This document shows positions 1 to 9,759 of a stretch of DNA of 64,000 nucleotides, one piece after another. The stretch comes from Promethearchaeota archaeon Loki_b32 (GTDB lineage: Archaea > Asgardarchaeota > Lokiarchaeia > Sigyniarchaeales > SOKP01), in assembly GCA_005223125.1 (NCBI GenBank), contig NJBH01000004.1:64001-128000 (forward strand). The letters run 5' to 3'. The position numbers were made by a program, and so were the translations under genes. Below the pieces are notes generated by a model that saw only the letters and a list, made by a program, of their open reading frames with translations, was not told where the DNA came from and made no database searches. The number at the start of each line of letters is the position of its first letter. Positions within the stretch are counted from its first letter, which is position 1.

Positions 1-2568
1 TATTAAATCTGTATCAAATTTGATATTATCTTGTAAATTGGTATCAAAAACATTAATTTCAAACTTACTTGTTCCACTATTTTTCTCTTTAATTACAGGT
101 GGATCGTCTAAATCATATCTCAAAAAAATAGCATCTTTTCTTCGCTCACGATAATATCTTTCAAATTCTTTCTTTGCCATTTGAAGATCTCTATAAAGAA
201 CTATTAATTTGAGGTCTTGCTTTAATTCTTTTAGGATGTTAATATTTTTTATAGCACTTTCACAACATATATTTGAGCAATAAGTTATCCCTTTTTCTTG
301 TCTAGCATTAACACATAATAGTGTAGTAATATGATTAAGTTTGGTAAGCCATGAGTTATCTTCATCTTTTAATTTCTGTTCTAGTTGTAATTGCGTAATT
401 ACATTGTGGTTTGTATATTTATATTCAAAAAATTCATTAGGTTTTAATTCTTGTCCTCCAGTGGCAACAATAATAGTGCCAATTTTTAACTCATGAATTT
501 TTTTATCTGAATCGATAAGTGAAACATTATAATTACCAAGAAATCCATTAATATCTTTTAAATCAGAATTTGAAAAGATTTGAATGTTCTTATTCTGTTC
601 AACCTTTTCTATGGTTTCGTTTAGTAAGATTGAAGCATCCTCTTGAGTAGGATATAGCATATTTAAGTATCTTAAATTTCCACCTAAATATTTCTCTTTT
701 TCTATAAGATAAACAATAAATCCTTGATTAGCTATATTTAAAGCAGCAGTCATTCCGGATATTCCTCCGCCAATTACCATTGCAGTTTGAGTAATTTTCA
801 ATTTCTTTTCTTCTTGTGATTTTAATAATCTTGATTTAGCAACACCCATTCTTATTAAATCAATTGCTTTTTCCGTAGCAAGCTCCTTTTCTGTCATATG
901 TACCCATGAACATTGATCACGGATATTCACCATTTCAAATAAGTATTTATTTAATCCCGCTTCTTGACATGTCTCCTGGAATAAAGATTCGTGTGTTCTT
1001 GGCGTACAAGAAGCTACAATAAATCTATTTAAATTATATTCACCTATTACTTCTCTAATTCGTTCTTGAGAATCTGAACTACAAGAATACAAGTTATCTT
1101 CACAAAAAACTACATTAGGCAACGTTTTTATGTGTTCTATAACCTGAGGAATATCAATATATTTTCCAATATTAATACCACAATGACAGATAAGGACCCC
1201 AATTCTAGGTATATCTGTTTCTTTAACTATTTTTTCTGGTATCCTAATAACTTTTTCTTTTGTTTCAGTAAATTTAAAGGAATTAAGTAAAGTCGCTACT
1301 TGTGAAGCCACCCCACTAGCGTCAGCTACCGTTTCTGGTATATCCATTGGACCTTGACAAAAACCAACTAAAAAAATACCTTCTTTAGAGGATAAAGATT
1401 TATTATAATATGATTTCTCTTTAAAAAAATTATAATCATCCAACTCGATATCTAAAACTTTAGATAATTCTTTAGTTCCAGCTGAAGGGACAAGAGGTGT
1501 AGCTAATACTACAAGATTTGCATTAAAGTCCTTAAATTCACCCGTTTTTAGATCTTCATAATGAATTACTAAATCATTTGTTTCTGGATCTTCTTTTATT
1601 CTGCTAATTTTAGTTTGGAAATATTTTACTCCATATTCTTCCTGAGCTCTCTGGGTAAATTCATAAAAATTTTTACCGTAAGCTCTAACATCATGCCTAA
1701 ATACAAAACATTTTGAGTTTTCAGAATGTTCCCGAGTTATGATCGCTTCTTTGGCACTATACATACAACATACTGATGAACAATAGGGAATTCCCTCACG
1801 TAAATCCCTTGAGCCCGCACACTGAATAAATGCTATTTTTTCTGGCTCTTTCTCATCACTAGGTCGTAAAATTTGACCCTCAAATGGTCCAGAGGCCGAT
1901 AATATTCGTTCATATTCTAAAGCACTTACCACATTTTTATAATTATAACCCCATCTTGAGGTTAACTCTTCTCCTAACACATCATATCCAGTAGCAACAA
2001 CGAGAGCACCAACGTTTAAATTGATTTCTTGAGGTTTTTGTTCATAATCTATTGCTTCTGCCGTACAAACTTTCTCACAAACCCCGCATACTCCTTTAGT
2101 GAGTTTTAAGCATAACTCAGGGTCAATTAAATATACAGGAGGTACTGCTTGAAGAAATGGAATGTAAACAGATTTCCTTTTACCTAGATTCATATCAAAG
2201 ATATTAGGGAATTCAATCTTCGGACATTTAACTGCACAGTCACCACATCCTTTACATTTAGTCTCGTCAATATAACGAGGTTTCTTAAGGACTGTAACCA
2301 CAAAATTTCCTGGCTTTCCAGAAACTTTTTGAACTTCATGATAAGTCATTAATTCAATGTTAGGATTTCTAAATACTTCTACCATTTTAGGGGCAAGAAT
2401 ACATAAACTGCAATCGTTTGTAGGAAAGGTTTTATCAAGTTGAGCCATTCTTCCTCCAATTGAAGGTGTCTTTTCTACTAAATAAACTTTAAATCCCAAT
2501 TCAGTTAAATCTAAAGAAGTTTGTATCCCTGCTATCCCACCACCAATAACTAACACTGATCCTTCCAT
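1..2568 (-). CDS. hdrA: Large HdrA-like FAD/Fe-S protein (two fused HdrA modules), Cys form; runs off the window start
   Basis: Manual translation from ATG at 2568: MEGSVLVIGGGIAGIQTSLDL...RMAQLDKTFPTNDCSLCILAPKM; later ICHCGINIG and DQCSWVH; same architecture as 5437-8478. Absent from the ORF track, consistent with no stop inside the window. Confidence 0.92.
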   Translation of the reverse strand, partial: MEGSVLVIGGGIAGIQTSLDLTELGFKVYLVEKTPSIGGRMAQLDKTFPTNDCSLCILAPKMVEVFRNPNIELMTYHEVQKVSGKPGNFVVTVLKKPRYIDETKCKGCGDCAVKCPKIEFPNIFDMNLGKRKSVYIPFLQAVPPVYLIDPELCLKLTKGVCGVCEKVCTAEAIDYEQKPQEINLNVGALVVATGYDVLGEELTSRWGYNYKNVVSALEYERILSASGPFEGQILRPSDEKEPEKIAFIQCAGSRDLREGIPYCSSVCCMYSAKEAIITREHSENSKCFVFRHDVRAYGKNFYEFTQRAQEEYGVKYFQTKISRIKEDPETNDLVIHYEDLKTGEFKDFNANLVVLATPLVPSAGTKELSKVLDIELDDYNFFKEKSYYNKSLSSKEGIFLVGFCQGPMDIPETVADASGVASQVATLLNSFKFTETKEKVIRIPEKIVKETDIPRIGVLICHCGINIGKYIDIPQVIEHIKTLPNVVFCEDNLYSCSSDSQERIREVIGEYNLNRFIVASCTPRTHESLFQETCQEAGLNKYLFEMVNIRDQCSWVHMTEKELATEKAIDLIRMGVAKSRLLKSQEEKKLKITQTAMVIGGGISGMTAALNIANQGFIVYLIEKEKYLGGNLRYLNMLYPTQEDASILLNETIEKVEQNKNIQIFSNSDLKDINGFLGNYNVSLIDSDKKIHELKIGTIIVATGGQELKPNEFFEYKYTNHNVITQLQLEQKLKDEDNSWLTKLNHITTLLCVNARQEKGITYCSNICCESAIKNINILKELKQDLKLIVLYRDLQMAKKEFERYYRERRKDAIFLRYDLDDPPVIKEKNSGTSKFEINVFDTNLQDNIKFDTDLI

Positions 2569-3062
2569 TATTTACCACTTTCTAATTTTTTTGATAAAGA
2601 TTTGTTTTCCACATCTTTTTATCCGTTGATTAAAAAATAAAGAAATGTAATTATATAAATATTTTTATGAAAAATGATCAAGGTCCGACACTTTTTATTT
2701 TTAAATGGTCGGATTTCATGCATCTTTCACGTTTATTCTTTCATAAACAATCATAATTCTTTTGAGATTTAATTTTATACGACATTATGGGTATATTTAG
2801 TTAAATTTAACTTTCTCAGCGATCAATATTCTACATTATGCATGTTTACGAAAAAAATTAAACCCGAAATATCATAAAGTTACAAAATAATAAAAAAAAT
2901 CATTAATTCTGATAATTGTGTATGTCTTCCAAGAACTCTCATTTTAAAAGATTCATATAAAAGAAGATAAAATAATATAATATGATGAGCACACAGGAAA
3001 GGAAGATAGTAGAATAAAAGGGAAAATAAAAAAGTAGCTTAATTAGATTCAGTCATATAAAA

Positions 3063-3340
3063 AGATCCTTATACTTTTCTTTGATTTTTTTTAGAAGATC
3101 TTTTTTTTCCTTCTCATCCATTTCAGAAAGTTTTTCTCTTATTTTATGAATTTCCTCTAAAGATTTTTCTTCTTTTAATAAACCATTTCCTCTGGAGTAC
3201 AAATAATCACATCTTTTTCTTTTAATCTTTCATTTATGTTTCTAACTTGAAATTTAGTTTTGAATTTAACTATGTGGGTTAAATTCCAACTAACTATTGC
3301 ATCTATTTTATATTTTGTTGCTATAGCAATATGGAGGGCA
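3063..3340 (-). pseudogene. Truncated copy of the 3' part of the PIN-domain gene plus downstream mini-ORF (paralog of 19458-19735)
   Basis: 278-nt colinear, highly similar copy of 19458-19735; similarity stops at GGGCA where the 20-bp GC-rich repeat begins. Confidence 0.85.
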
Positions 3341-3355
3341 CCACGGGGGAGGGAG
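3336..3355 (+). repeat. 20-bp GC-rich direct repeat, copy 1 (GGGCACCACGGGGGAGGGAG)
   Basis: Identical to 4929-4948; conspicuous in AT-rich DNA. Confidence 0.9.
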
Positions 3356-3556
3356 GGAACATTTTTTCTAAAAAAATCATTCTGTTCTCGTATTATTCTT
3401 TGATCTTCCCCCTAATATTCCTTTTATTTGAATGATCTGGAATAAGGAGTGTGTTTAAAAATCCTATCAACTTTTTTTGAATAAATATTAAAGCAATAAT
3501 TTTGATCAAAAATTATTTATAAATATATTTAGATATTTTTATTGAGGTAAATAATA

Positions 3557-3742
3557 ATGGCAACGGAAAAAGAAAATGTCATGCAAATGATAAAAGAACT
3601 CCCTGATGATATTACATTAGAGGATATCATGTATCATTTATATGCTAGGGAAAAGATCATCCGTGGTCTAAAGGATGCTAACGAAGGAAGAAAAGTATCG
3701 AACGAAAAAGCAAAAGAAGTTATTGAAAAATGGTTCGAATAG
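3557..3742 (+). CDS. Putative antitoxin of the RelE/ParE module
   Basis: 61-aa acidic protein overlapping the downstream RelE/ParE toxin; GAGGT ribosome-binding site upstream. Confidence 0.75.
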   Translation: MATEKENVMQMIKELPDDITLEDIMYHLYAREKIIRGLKDANEGRKVSNEKAKEVIEKWFE

Positions 3743-4014
3743 AATGGACTGAACGCTCTTTAGAAGACTTAAATGAGATACATGATTATATAGCGCGGGA
3801 TTCTAAAAGTTATGCAAACCTTTTTGTTAATAAGTTATATGATGCCGTTCAGAAACTAAAGGAGTTTCCGAATATAGGTAGAATTGTGCCGGAAGTCAAT
3901 ATTGCATCCGTAAGAGAAATCATTTTTCAAAATTATAGAATTATTTATAGAAATATGAATGATTATGTTGAAATCATTACAATATTTCATGGAAGTCGTT
4001 TGTTGAGATTATAA
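3730..4014 (+). CDS. Type II TA RelE/ParE-family toxin
   Basis: IEWTERSLEDLNEIHDYIA...FPNIGRIVPE...YRIIY...IITIFHG is the typical ParE/RelE pattern. Confidence 0.9.
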   Translation: MVRIEWTERSLEDLNEIHDYIARDSKSYANLFVNKLYDAVQKLKEFPNIGRIVPEVNIASVREIIFQNYRIIYRNMNDYVEIITIFHGSRLLRL

Positions 4015-4150
4015 GAATATAAATATTACAAAATTAATAACGGGAGGATATTTTCTCCCGATCCTGATCCCTGGAAGTAGGAAGAATACGATAAAATTAA
4101 TCAGGCAGTAAGAGTTTTCCAAAAAAAAAATGCCAAGTTAAGTCTCAAAA

Positions 4151-4552
4151 CTACCAAGATCTTAGTTGTAAATTGAACATTTCTTTAAGTTTTTTATCAT
4201 TAGAGTAAATAATGTTCGTATCGTGCTTTTTACACGTCATGGCGATGATTTCATCATGCGATTCGTGACTTTTAGCATTATTTAACATCAATTTAATGAT
4301 TGTCATATTAAAATCATCGATAATGATATTTTCTGAGCTTTCCCATCGATTGAGAGCCTCCTTAAATGCGCTTGTTTTCCCAGCTTTTCTCATTTTCCAA
4401 AGCAATTCTGCGATTGCAATTGTAGGTAGGATTACTGTTATTTCTCCATTTATTACTTTTTTTTTCAATTGTTGGAGTATTGGGGGAATTTTTTGATAGT
4501 CATAATGAAAATAGAATAGAACCTGAGCACCAATTACTGCCTTTTCTATCAT
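4151..4552 (-). CDS. PIN-domain (VapC-like) toxin
   Basis: PTIAIAE, HDEIIAMT and IYSNDKKL PIN motifs; the first catalytic Asp appears replaced (VIGAQV); lies downstream of an AbrB antitoxin. Confidence 0.75.
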   Translation of the reverse strand: MIEKAVIGAQVLFYFHYDYQKIPPILQQLKKKVINGEITVILPTIAIAELLWKMRKAGKTSAFKEALNRWESSENIIIDDFNMTIIKLMLNNAKSHESHDEIIAMTCKKHDTNIIYSNDKKLKEMFNLQLRSW

Positions 4553-4580
4553 TTTATATCAAGAACCATCTATTTTTTGA

Positions 4581-4856
4581 TTATTCCTCAATAGGAAATA
4601 ACGATTTTTTTGCTTGATCTAACTCTTCCTCTGTAAATGGAGGTACATCTTCAAATAAATTATCTTCAATCTCAAGAGGATGTATTTTTTTTTTGATTAG
4701 AATAGTCTTATCGTCCTTCAATTCCATCTCAACCTCATTTTTATCTTCAATAGCTAACTTGTCTCTCCATTCTTTTGGTATTACAATCCTTCCATTTGAT
4801 GAGACTTTTTGAGTAATTTTTTCGGTCATTTGTATTTTCATTTTTCTAATTGTCAT
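4581..4856 (-). CDS. AbrB/MazE/SpoVT-family antitoxin
   Basis: KVSSNGRIVIPKEWRDKLAI motif. Confidence 0.88.
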   Translation of the reverse strand: MTIRKMKIQMTEKITQKVSSNGRIVIPKEWRDKLAIEDKNEVEMELKDDKTILIKKKIHPLEIEDNLFEDVPPFTEEELDQAKKSLFPIEE

Positions 4857-4928
4857 TATAATATAGTAAATGACAGTTATTATATTTTTTCAAAACTAGC
4901 AATAGCTAAGAACTTATTCTTTAGGAGG

Positions 4929-4948
4929 GGGCACCACGGGGGAGGGAG
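4929..4948 (+). repeat. 20-bp GC-rich direct repeat, copy 2
   Basis: Identical to 3336-3355. Confidence 0.9.
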
Positions 4949-4984
4949 ATAATAGCGAAAGTAATAAATAAAAAATTTGTTATT

Positions 4985-5416
4985 TTAAATTGCTTGTAAT
5001 GGACCTAGTTTTTTAATTTTATTAGTAAATTCAGTGATAACTTCAGCGAATCGTTTTCCTTCAGAGGCACTTACCCATTCAAGCCTAAATCTTTTATCAA
5101 GATTAAATATTTTTAAAACTTCTCGAAAACGTTCAAATCTATCTCTCGCAAACTCATTTCCTTTCAAGTAATGACAATCACCAATATGACATCCGGTTAC
5201 AATAACTCCATCGATACCATCTTTAAATGCCTCTAAAATGAAAGCGGGGTCTACTCTACCAGAACACATTACACGTACTATTCTAATTGTGGGGGGGTAT
5301 TGAAATCGTGAGACTCCAGCTAAATCTGCTCCAGCATAACTACACCAATTACAACAAAAACATAAGATATTTGGGTGAAATTCCTTATTTTTTACTTTCT
5401 TTTCTTTACTTATCAT
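4985..5416 (-). CDS. mvhD: MvhD/FlpD hydrogenase Fe-S subunit (Cys form)
   Basis: CCNWCSYAGADLAG, VMCSGRVD, GCHIGDCHY, WVSASEG. Confidence 0.95.
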   Translation of the reverse strand: MISKEKKVKNKEFHPNILCFCCNWCSYAGADLAGVSRFQYPPTIRIVRVMCSGRVDPAFILEAFKDGIDGVIVTGCHIGDCHYLKGNEFARDRFERFREVLKIFNLDKRFRLEWVSASEGKRFAEVITEFTNKIKKLGPLQAI

Positions 5417-5436
5417 TTTCTTTTATTAATTATAAT

Positions 5437-8400
5437 TTAACTTTGAACTAAAAGTGCAGAAATCATAGCGTGAATTTGCTCAAAACCAAAATGTTTAATA
5501 ACTATTGTTGAGTTAGGGCATTGAGCACCACATGTACCACATCCTTTGCAAAGTGCAGGATTTATGTGGGATTTCAATATAGTCATTGTGAAATCTTCGA
5601 ACGTTCTTTCTTCCTCTATTAATTCTATAGCGTTAAATTGACAAACTTCAAGACAACTTCCACAACCAATGCAATTTTCTTCTATTACAACAGCTACAAG
5701 CCCAGATGTTACAAGTTTTTCAGCGCTTAAAATTTTTACTGCTTGGGCAGCAGCTCCATTGGATTGTGCTATTGATTCTCGAAGATCTTTAGGTGAATGT
5801 GCGCTCCCACATAAATATATACCATCTGTTGCAAAATCAATTGGTCTCAATTTAACATGAGCTTCCAAAAAGAATTTGTCCTCATTAAGTGGAACTTTTA
5901 ACATTTTTGCTAAATCTTCATTTTCTTTTATAGGTGCTACGAGACCTGTACTTAATACAATTAAATCAGGATTTATTTCAATTTCTCCTAAATCTGGATT
6001 GTTTACTATTATTTTTAATTGTTTATTTTTAATATTTAATTCTGGAGGTTTAGTTTCATCAAATCTTATGAAGATAACCTTTTTATCTCGTGCTAGGTTA
6101 TAATATTTTTCTTTAAAACCATATGTCCTAATATCACGATAAAGAATCACTATTTCTATTTTAGGATTGATTTCTTTTGCTTTTAACGCATTTTTAATGG
6201 CTTCTGAACAACAGATTCTGCTACAATATGGGTGATCTTCATTTCTGGATCCAACGCATTGAATCATAACTATTGATTTCACTCCTTTTACTTTATCTGT
6301 AGTAAAAAGATCTTTTTCAAATTCAGTTTGGGTTATAATTCTTTGGTCTTGTCCAAAATTGTATTCATTTGGTTGATATTCTTTTGCTCCAGTCGCTACA
6401 ACTATTATTCCAAGTTCAAGATCAACACTTTTGTTATTATTTCCGTAGTTTATATTTGTGGAAAAATTTCCAATATACCCTGATATTGAATTGATTTGAG
6501 CATTTTTAAATACTTGAATAAGTTGATTATTTTCAACATTTTTAATTAAATTTTTAAGATATTCCTGAATATTATCATTTTCAAGGGTCCGATAAAGATT
6601 TTTAGCAATTCCCCCTAGAGAATCTTCCTTTTCAATTAAGTAAACTTCATAACCTTGAGAAGCTAGATTTAATGCTGCTGACATTCCAGATACACCACCA
6701 CCTATAATCAAACCTTTATTTATTACAGCTATTTCTTGTTCCTGTAACGGGATTAATTGGCTAGCCTTTGCTACTGACATGCGCAATAAGTCTTTTGATT
6801 TTGCCGTTGCTTTTTCAGGTTCATGCATATGGACCCACGAACATTGATCTCGAATATTTACCATTTCAAATAGATATTTATTTAAACCAACTTCTCTTAT
6901 TGTCGCTTGAAATAAAGCTTCATGAGTTCTTGGAGTACATGATGCAACAATCACTCTATTCAGTTTGTTATTTTCTATTTTTTCTTTAATATTAGTTTGA
7001 GTATCTGCTGAACAGGTATATAAATTATGTTCGGCATAAACAACATTGGGTAAAGTTTTAACATATTCTACTACATTAGGAACATCAACAACCCCACCAA
7101 TATTTATTCCGCAGTGACATATAAATACTCCTATTCGCGGTGGTTGATCAGTTACATCCAATTCTTCGGGAAGTTCTTTCTTAGAGACTAATTTGTTTCT
7201 TGCTTCTGATAGAAGAACATTTACACATCCAGCAGCAGCACTAGCTTCAATAACAGTTTCTGGAATATCTTTAGGTGTTGCGAAAGACCCACAAACATAA
7301 ATCCCTGGTCTTGAAGTATCTACGGGAGTAAAAGTTTCAGTTTTACAAAACCCATATTCATTTAATTGGATATTTAATTTCTGTGCTAATTCTTTTGCTT
7401 GTTGATTAGGTTGCATTCCTACAGAAAGGACGACTAGATTAAAAAATTCTTCAATAATTTTTCCATTTCCTGTTTCATAATAAACTTTTAAATCTTTAGA
7501 GTCCGGAATTTCTTTAATAGAAGATATTCTGCGCCTGATATATCTTATTCCATACTCATCCTTTGCTCGTTCAATATATTTATCAAAATCTTTACCATAT
7601 GCTCTGATATCCATTGTAAAAATGGTTGGATCTATAATATTCATATGCTCTTTCGCTATAACTGCTTCTTTTGTAGTATACATACAACATACTGAAGAGC
7701 AATAATCATTACCCTGCTTTCTGTCCCTTGAACCAATACAATTTAAAAAGGCAATTTTTTTAGGAATAATTCCATCAGAAGGGCGAATTATTAAACCTGA
7801 GTGTGGTCCACTAGCACTTAGAATACGCTCAAATTCAATACTAGTGATTACATTTAGATATTTACCATAGCCGAATTGCTTTAAAGGGGTAGGATCGTAT
7901 TCATCAAACCCTATTGCTAATACTACAGCACCTACATTAAGGTTAATTTCTTTATTTTGAAGTTCATAATCTATAGCTTTTACTTTACATATTCCCTTAC
8001 ATATTCCACAACCTATACATTTGTCTTTGTCAATTGAAAACACTAATGGAACTGCCTGTGGAAATTTTACGGATATTGCTGCTATATTAGAAAGTTTCTC
8101 ATTAAAAAAATCTATAGCCTCTATTGGACATTGTTGAGCACACAAACCACATCCAGTACATTTATTTTGATCTAAACGAAGTGTTCTTTGAGTTAAATCA
8201 ACCTTAAAATTACCAGGTTCACCTTCAATTTTTTCTATTGAAGAATTAATTAAAATATCGATATTTTCATGTCGTCCAGTTTCTACTAATTTCGGGGCAA
8301 GAATACATATTGCACAGTCATTAGTTGGAAATGTTTTATCTAATTGAGACATAACTCCACCAATACTGGTTGTTGATTCTGCGAGATAAACTTTATAACC

Positions 8401-8478
8401 TGAATCTGCTAAATCTATAGAAGTTTGAATACCTGCAATTCCACCACCAATTACTAGAACAGCTCCGACTTTCTCCAT
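5437..8478 (-). CDS. hdrA: Large HdrA-like heterodisulfide reductase subunit A (fused modules), Cys form
   Basis: Two GGGxxG FAD motifs, DKTFPTNDC, CHCGINI, CTPRTHE, CVGSR and ferredoxin CxxCxxCxxxC motifs. Confidence 0.93.
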   Translation of the reverse strand: MEKVGAVLVIGGGIAGIQTSIDLADSGYKVYLAESTTSIGGVMSQLDKTFPTNDCAICILAPKLVETGRHENIDILINSSIEKIEGEPGNFKVDLTQRTLRLDQNKCTGCGLCAQQCPIEAIDFFNEKLSNIAAISVKFPQAVPLVFSIDKDKCIGCGICKGICKVKAIDYELQNKEINLNVGAVVLAIGFDEYDPTPLKQFGYGKYLNVITSIEFERILSASGPHSGLIIRPSDGIIPKKIAFLNCIGSRDRKQGNDYCSSVCCMYTTKEAVIAKEHMNIIDPTIFTMDIRAYGKDFDKYIERAKDEYGIRYIRRRISSIKEIPDSKDLKVYYETGNGKIIEEFFNLVVLSVGMQPNQQAKELAQKLNIQLNEYGFCKTETFTPVDTSRPGIYVCGSFATPKDIPETVIEASAAAGCVNVLLSEARNKLVSKKELPEELDVTDQPPRIGVFICHCGINIGGVVDVPNVVEYVKTLPNVVYAEHNLYTCSADTQTNIKEKIENNKLNRVIVASCTPRTHEALFQATIREVGLNKYLFEMVNIRDQCSWVHMHEPEKATAKSKDLLRMSVAKASQLIPLQEQEIAVINKGLIIGGGVSGMSAALNLASQGYEVYLIEKEDSLGGIAKNLYRTLENDNIQEYLKNLIKNVENNQLIQVFKNAQINSISGYIGNFSTNINYGNNNKSVDLELGIIVVATGAKEYQPNEYNFGQDQRIITQTEFEKDLFTTDKVKGVKSIVMIQCVGSRNEDHPYCSRICCSEAIKNALKAKEINPKIEIVILYRDIRTYGFKEKYYNLARDKKVIFIRFDETKPPELNIKNKQLKIIVNNPDLGEIEINPDLIVLSTGLVAPIKENEDLAKMLKVPLNEDKFFLEAHVKLRPIDFATDGIYLCGSAHSPKDLRESIAQSNGAAAQAVKILSAEKLVTSGLVAVVIEENCIGCGSCLEVCQFNAIELIEEERTFEDFTMTILKSHINPALCKGCGTCGAQCPNSTIVIKHFGFEQIHAMISALLVQS

Positions 8479-9755
8479 TACTTTCCCTCAACATTTTTAT
8501 TGGGTTCTATTATTTTTATCAGATCTACTAAAAACTCTGAAAAATCTAAAATTTCAATAGAAGAAAAGTCTTCATAGTCTTTTTTTAGACAATTTAGATG
8601 CATGCGACATTTTGGACAAGATGTAATCATTTTGGTTCCAACAGCTTTAGCTTCTAAAAGACGTTTATATCGCAATGCTTTAGACCGCTCATTACAATTC
8701 ATCCAAGAATTTACTCCACAACAATAAGAATTTTCTTTATTGTGTTCCATTTCTTTAAAATTATAACCAATAATTTTCAAATGCTTGAAGATTTCTCGGA
8801 CTTCCTCAATTATTTTATTATCCTTTGGTAAAAATCTACTTAACCTACAAGGGTCATGATAAGTAAAAGGAATAACCTCATCAGATTTATTAGGATTTTT
8901 AAATAGAACTTTTCCCTGCTTCCATTTATCAAAAATATATTCAATTATGTGTTTAACTTCAAATTTTTTATTAAACTCTTCAAACAGTTTTGGATAATCA
9001 ATTTTAAAGGTTCTATAACATTCAGCACAAGCAGTAACAATTGTTGTAGCTCCCGTTTCTTCAAACCGTTTAACATTTTTTTTTGCTAATTCAATAAAGC
9101 TTTCGAATTTTGCTTGACCCCAATATAAATCGTGTCCACAGCATATCTCATCTTTTAGAATCACTACCGGATCTTTTTCTAATTGACAAATAATCTTAAG
9201 TGTGCTTTCTGCTATAGATAATGAGTCTTCAAATTCATAGTTAAAAAAAGGTAAACATCCGACATAATATAAAATATTTCCCTTATCTGAAGTTTTACAT
9301 CCTTTTGGAATCCAATCTAAAGGTCTCTCAATTTCCATATTGTCTTGACTCATCATTTCTGACATCAAAGGATAAATACCTTTATGAGCAATAGAACGAT
9401 CAGGATTTTGAATATCTTTTAATCGCATTTTATATCTAGCAATTCTGACAATATCAGCAAAATTAATATCTTTAGGGCAATGTTCTAGGCAACTATTACA
9501 CATTAAACAATCCCATAATACCTGACTATTAATTATCTCATCTTCAAAGCCTTCTAATATCATTTGAATAATTCTACTAGGTGTAAATTTTTGAACCTTA
9601 CTGATTTGACATACACCCGAGCAACGGGCACATTGATAACACTTTTTTAGCAAATTAATTAAATCTGGTTCATAAATCTTTCTTAAGTATAAATTAGAAT
9701 CATTTTCTTCTTGTTTTACCTTTTTAAGATTTTCGATTTCAGTTATGAGATTCAC
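8478..9755 (-). CDS. HdrD/GlcF-like (Fe-S)-binding protein with CCG domains
   Basis: CYQCARCSGVC, CLMCNSCLEHCP, CCG, YHDPC, TSCPKC; its stop overlaps the hdrA start (TAATG). Confidence 0.88.
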   Translation of the reverse strand: MNLITEIENLKKVKQEENDSNLYLRKIYEPDLINLLKKCYQCARCSGVCQISKVQKFTPSRIIQMILEGFEDEIINSQVLWDCLMCNSCLEHCPKDINFADIVRIARYKMRLKDIQNPDRSIAHKGIYPLMSEMMSQDNMEIERPLDWIPKGCKTSDKGNILYYVGCLPFFNYEFEDSLSIAESTLKIICQLEKDPVVILKDEICCGHDLYWGQAKFESFIELAKKNVKRFEETGATTIVTACAECYRTFKIDYPKLFEEFNKKFEVKHIIEYIFDKWKQGKVLFKNPNKSDEVIPFTYHDPCRLSRFLPKDNKIIEEVREIFKHLKIIGYNFKEMEHNKENSYCCGVNSWMNCNERSKALRYKRLLEAKAVGTKMITSCPKCRMHLNCLKKDYEDFSSIEILDFSEFLVDLIKIIEPNKNVEGK

Positions 9756-9759
9756 TTCC

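Noticed and set aside
3336-4948. 20-bp repeat as a CRISPR repeat or tRNA-derived att site (GGGCACCA resembles a tRNA 3' end)
   Set aside because: Only two copies 1.6 kb apart, no spacers or cas genes, and no T-loop or cloverleaf upstream of either copy.
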